The notes under the pieces are model-generated. The model was not told the origin of the DNA. It made no database searches and saw only the letters and a list, made by a program, of their open reading frames with translations. Below, piece by piece: positions 7,649-10,078 of a DNA stretch of 10,078 nt. The number at the start of each line of letters is the position of its first letter. Position 1 is the stretch's first letter. The DNA comes from Candidatus Iainarchaeum sp. (lineage in GTDB: Archaea > Iainarchaeota > Iainarchaeia > JAGGVJ01). A program made the translations under genes and the position numbers. Location of the stretch: assembly GCA_021158055.1 (NCBI GenBank), contig JAGGVJ010000024.1, positions 1 through 10,078 of the forward strand. The letters are read 5' to 3'.

Positions 7649-7699
7649 ATTATTCAATGCAATATGACAAAGAAACAAAACAAAGACCAAAGCAAAATA

Positions 7700-7729
7700 T
7701 TTATATATTGAAAAAATAGTCTTTATATA
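7700..7729 (+). promoter_or_regulatory. Two TTTATATA boxes 22 bp apart; putative ttuA-thiI promoter
   Basis: TTTATATA at 7700-7707 and 7722-7729, each preceded by an A-rich BRE-like run. Confidence 0.55.
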
Positions 7730-7803
7730 CCGTTTTGCATTAATTTTTTATTTTTTCAGTTTGTATGATTTTTTTAGTCGGTGTTTTTTCAAACAACTTG
7801 TTT

Positions 7804-7865
7804 TTCAGTTGCATTAATACATTCACATTCAATTGCATTAATACATTCACATTCAGTTGCATTAA
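7804..7865. repeat. 24-bp tandem repeat x2.6 in the ttuA leader
   Basis: TTCAGTTGCATTAATACATTCACA (7804-7827), TTCAATTGCATTAATACATTCACA (7828-7851), TTCAGTTGCATTAA (7852-7865). Confidence 0.93.
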
Positions 7866-7890
7866 ACCCGCAAACAACGGAGAAAATCAA

Positions 7891-8805
7891 ATGTATCAAA
7901 AAACTGATCTGGAATTCAAAGAGTACTTTGAAAAAAAAATAAGGTACACGATCAGAAAATACAAGCTGTGCAGCAAAAAAGACAGGATAGCAGTGGCTGT
8001 GTCAGGCGGAAAGGATTCTACTGCCTGCCTTTATGTCCTCAACAAACTGGGTTTCAATGTTGAAGCAATTACAATAGATGTGCTGATTGGAGACTACACA
8101 AAGCAAAACCTTGAAAACCTCAAAAAGTTCTGCGCTGAAAACGACATAAAACTCAACACAGTGTCTTTTCAGGAAGAGTTCGGCAGACCACTTCGCTCTA
8201 TCCGCTCGGTTGTGAACTCAAAAGGTCATGATTATTCATCGTGCCGGATTTGCGGAATACTTAAAAGATACCTGCTGAACAAGTATTCAAAAGAACTGGG
8301 TTTTGACTTTCTTGCAACCGGCCACAACATGGACGACGAGGCACAGACGTTTCTGATGAACGTCTTCAAAAACGACCTGGTGCTTGCAAAAAGACAGGGC
8401 CCGGTTTCAGCAGGCAACGAAAGCAGGATATTTGTAAAAAGAATAAAGCCGTTGTACCTTTTGTCAGAAAAAGAAACTGAAATGTACTCGAAACTCATGA
8501 ACTTCCCTGTAAACTACGGCATCTGCCCTTGTTCTTCAAACGCTTTCAGGCGAAACTTCATCAACATTTTAAACAAGTTTGAGGAAAAGCACCCGAGCGT
8601 AAAAAGCAACATCGTGAACTTTCAGGAAAAACTTGCACAGGAAATAAAAAACCAAAACAACAATGCAAAAATCACAGCCTGCACACTTTGCGGGGAGCCT
8701 TCAAGCAACAGCGTCTGCAGAACCTGCCAGATACTCACTGCATTAAAAGAGGATGAACATGACAAACAAACAAAAAAGCAAGCCGGATACTGTGACAGTG
8801 CATAA
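7891..8805 (+). CDS. ttuA: TtuA/NcsA/Ncs6 (TIGR00269-like) PP-loop tRNA 2-thiouridine synthetase
   Basis: PP-loop SGGKDS, CRICG, GHNMDDEAQT, RIKPL, CPC and C-terminal zinc finger CTLC...CRTC. GGAG RBS at 7879-7882. Target position (U34 or U54) cannot be resolved from sequence. Confidence 0.85.
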   Translation: MYQKTDLEFKEYFEKKIRYTIRKYKLCSKKDRIAVAVSGGKDSTACLYVLNKLGFNVEAITIDVLIGDYTKQNLENLKKFCAENDIKLNTVSFQEEFGRPLRSIRSVVNSKGHDYSSCRICGILKRYLLNKYSKELGFDFLATGHNMDDEAQTFLMNVFKNDLVLAKRQGPVSAGNESRIFVKRIKPLYLLSEKETEMYSKLMNFPVNYGICPCSSNAFRRNFINILNKFEEKHPSVKSNIVNFQEKLAQEIKNQNNNAKITACTLCGEPSSNSVCRTCQILTALKEDEHDKQTKKQAGYCDSA

Positions 8806-10078
8806 TGACAAACCGGACACAGTGATAGTGCATTACGACAAACCGGACACAGTGATAGTGCATTACGACGAGATAGGGCTCAAAGGAGCAAACAGACCTT
8901 ACTTTGAAAAGCTTTTGATGAAAAACATTGAAAGAAAACTAAGCAGCATTTCAGGGCACCCGGGCAAAGACAAAGGCAGCACGGTTGCCAGGAAACACAT
9001 CCGGGTTGCCGGGAAACACATCCGGGTTGCCGGAAAACACATCCAAATCGCCAGGGAACACGGCCAAATCGCCTTAAGCATCGGCGCGGGCGACAATCTC
9101 TTGGAAATAGCGGATGCTCTTTCAAAAATTCCTGGAATCGCGTTTTTTTCGTTTACAAAAAAAACAGGCCTTGACATCAAGTCAATCAAAGAAAGCTCTG
9201 TTGAATTCCTCAGGAAAGCAAAGTTTGAGTCGTTCAAGGTAAACTCAAAAAGGCACAACAAAAACGTGCCTTTCACTTCAATGGAGCTAAACGCATTGAT
9301 CGGCGAGGTGCTGATTGACGCATTCGGCAAAAAAGTGAAAATGAAGGGAGCTGACCTTGTCTTGAAAATCGAGGTTTCAAACAAGTTCTCTTACCTGTCC
9401 TGCAAAGACATTACAGGGGTGGGGGGACTCCCGACAGACAGCAGGCAAAAAGTGGTTTCGCTTATGTCAGGCGGGTTTGACAGTCCCGTCGCGTCTTACC
9501 TAATGATGAAAAGAGGCTGCGAAGTCATCCTTGTGCATTTCCAAAACCAGAACCTGTTGTCTGAATCTGTCGAGAATAAGATTGTCCGGCTTGCAAAACA
9601 CCTTTCAAAATACCAGGTAAAAACAAAGCTTTTCATCGTGCCTTTCGGGGAGATCCAAAACGAGATAATCTCAAAAGTCCACTCCGGTGTTAGGATGCTT
9701 GTCTACAGAAAGTTCATGATTGAAATTTCATCAACTATTGCAGACAAGGAAAAAGCAGGGTTTTTGGTTGTGGGGGACAGCTTGTCGCAAGTTGCGTCGC
9801 AAACCTTTGAAAACCTAAACGCTGTCTATTCCGGCTCAGAAAAGCACATCTTTTCCCCTTTGATCGGGCTGAATAAGCAGGAAATCATAGATATTGCAAA
9901 GGAGATCGGAACATATGACATCTCGGCGCTTCCTTACGGCGACTGCTGCAGTTACTTTGTTCCAAAGCACCCTGAACTCCGGGCAGGCAAGGAAACCCTT
10001 GAAAAATGCAAGGAAGCCATTGAATCTAAAAAATTAGTCGAAAGCGCAGTGAAAAACGCCAGGGTTTTTGTGTTTTAA
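8759..10078 (+). CDS. thiI: tRNA 4-thiouridine synthetase ThiI/TtuI (NFLD-THUMP-PP-loop, no rhodanese domain)
   Basis: VHYDEIGLKGANRPYFE, THUMP SFKVNSKR...FTSMELN, SGGFDSPVA, GDSLSQVASQT, PLIG and DCC. GAGG at 8749-8752 favours ATG8759 over ATG8753; overlaps the ttuA 3' end. Confidence 0.94.
   Translation: MTNKQKSKPDTVTVHNDKPDTVIVHYDKPDTVIVHYDEIGLKGANRPYFEKLLMKNIERKLSSISGHPGKDKGSTVARKHIRVAGKHIRVAGKHIQIAREHGQIALSIGAGDNLLEIADALSKIPGIAFFSFTKKTGLDIKSIKESSVEFLRKAKFESFKVNSKRHNKNVPFTSMELNALIGEVLIDAFGKKVKMKGADLVLKIEVSNKFSYLSCKDITGVGGLPTDSRQKVVSLMSGGFDSPVASYLMMKRGCEVILVHFQNQNLLSESVENKIVRLAKHLSKYQVKTKLFIVPFGEIQNEIISKVHSGVRMLVYRKFMIEISSTIADKEKAGFLVVGDSLSQVASQTFENLNAVYSGSEKHIFSPLIGLNKQEIIDIAKEIGTYDISALPYGDCCSYFVPKHPELRAGKETLEKCKEAIESKKLVESAVKNARVFVF
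8780..8869 (+). repeat. 30-bp coding tandem repeat x3 (KPDTVTVHND, KPDTVIVHYD, KPDTVIVHYD)
   Basis: Copies 8810-8839 and 8840-8869 are identical; copy 8780-8809 differs at 6 bases. Confidence 0.96.
8984..9073 (+). repeat. 21-bp coding tandem repeat x4.3 (VARKHIR VAGKHIR VAGKHIQ IAREHGQ IA)
   Basis: Units start at 8984, 9005, 9026, 9047 and 9068, with neighbouring units most similar. Confidence 0.93.

Noticed and set aside
7619-7690. ORF-track start at 7690 for the PH-module gene
   Set aside because: The extension runs through the TATA box and palindrome; ATG7618 fits leaderless spacing.
8739-8746. TGCATTAA just upstream of the thiI start
   Set aside because: Only half of the shared motif and inside ttuA coding sequence; too weak to count.
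8899-9384. 161-aa minus-strand ORF with ATRMCFP repeats, and other short overlapping ORFs
   Set aside because: Antisense or alternate-frame shadows of well-supported genes; the repeats only mirror the thiI array.
1-10078. tRNA, rRNA, transposase, integrase, reverse transcriptase or defence system
   Set aside because: Intergenic gaps are short and AT-rich without cloverleaf or stable structure, and no protein shows such motifs.

Overview
Archaeal chromosomal segment, probably from a DPANN-type lineage (inferred from archaeal-type HemK2, DRG, TrmJ and TIGR00269 proteins, GGTG/GGAG ribosome-binding sites and TTTATA boxes). It has eight genes: hemK2-drg (+); two secreted, C-terminally anchored surface proteins (-); trmJ (+), apparently with a non-canonical start codon; an 804-aa membrane protein with five TM-hairpin + bacterial PH modules (-); and a ttuA/ncsA-like plus thiI tRNA thiolation pair (+). 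No CRISPR array, RNA gene or mobile element was seen. The most striking signal is short (13-30 bp) tandem duplications of local sequence at most gene junctions, copying start codons, stop codons or leaders. They are 3n-length inside ORFs, unconstrained outside, and range from perfect to decayed. A shared pseudo-palindromic TGCAT-NN-ATACA motif is also repeated in both divergent intergenic regions.
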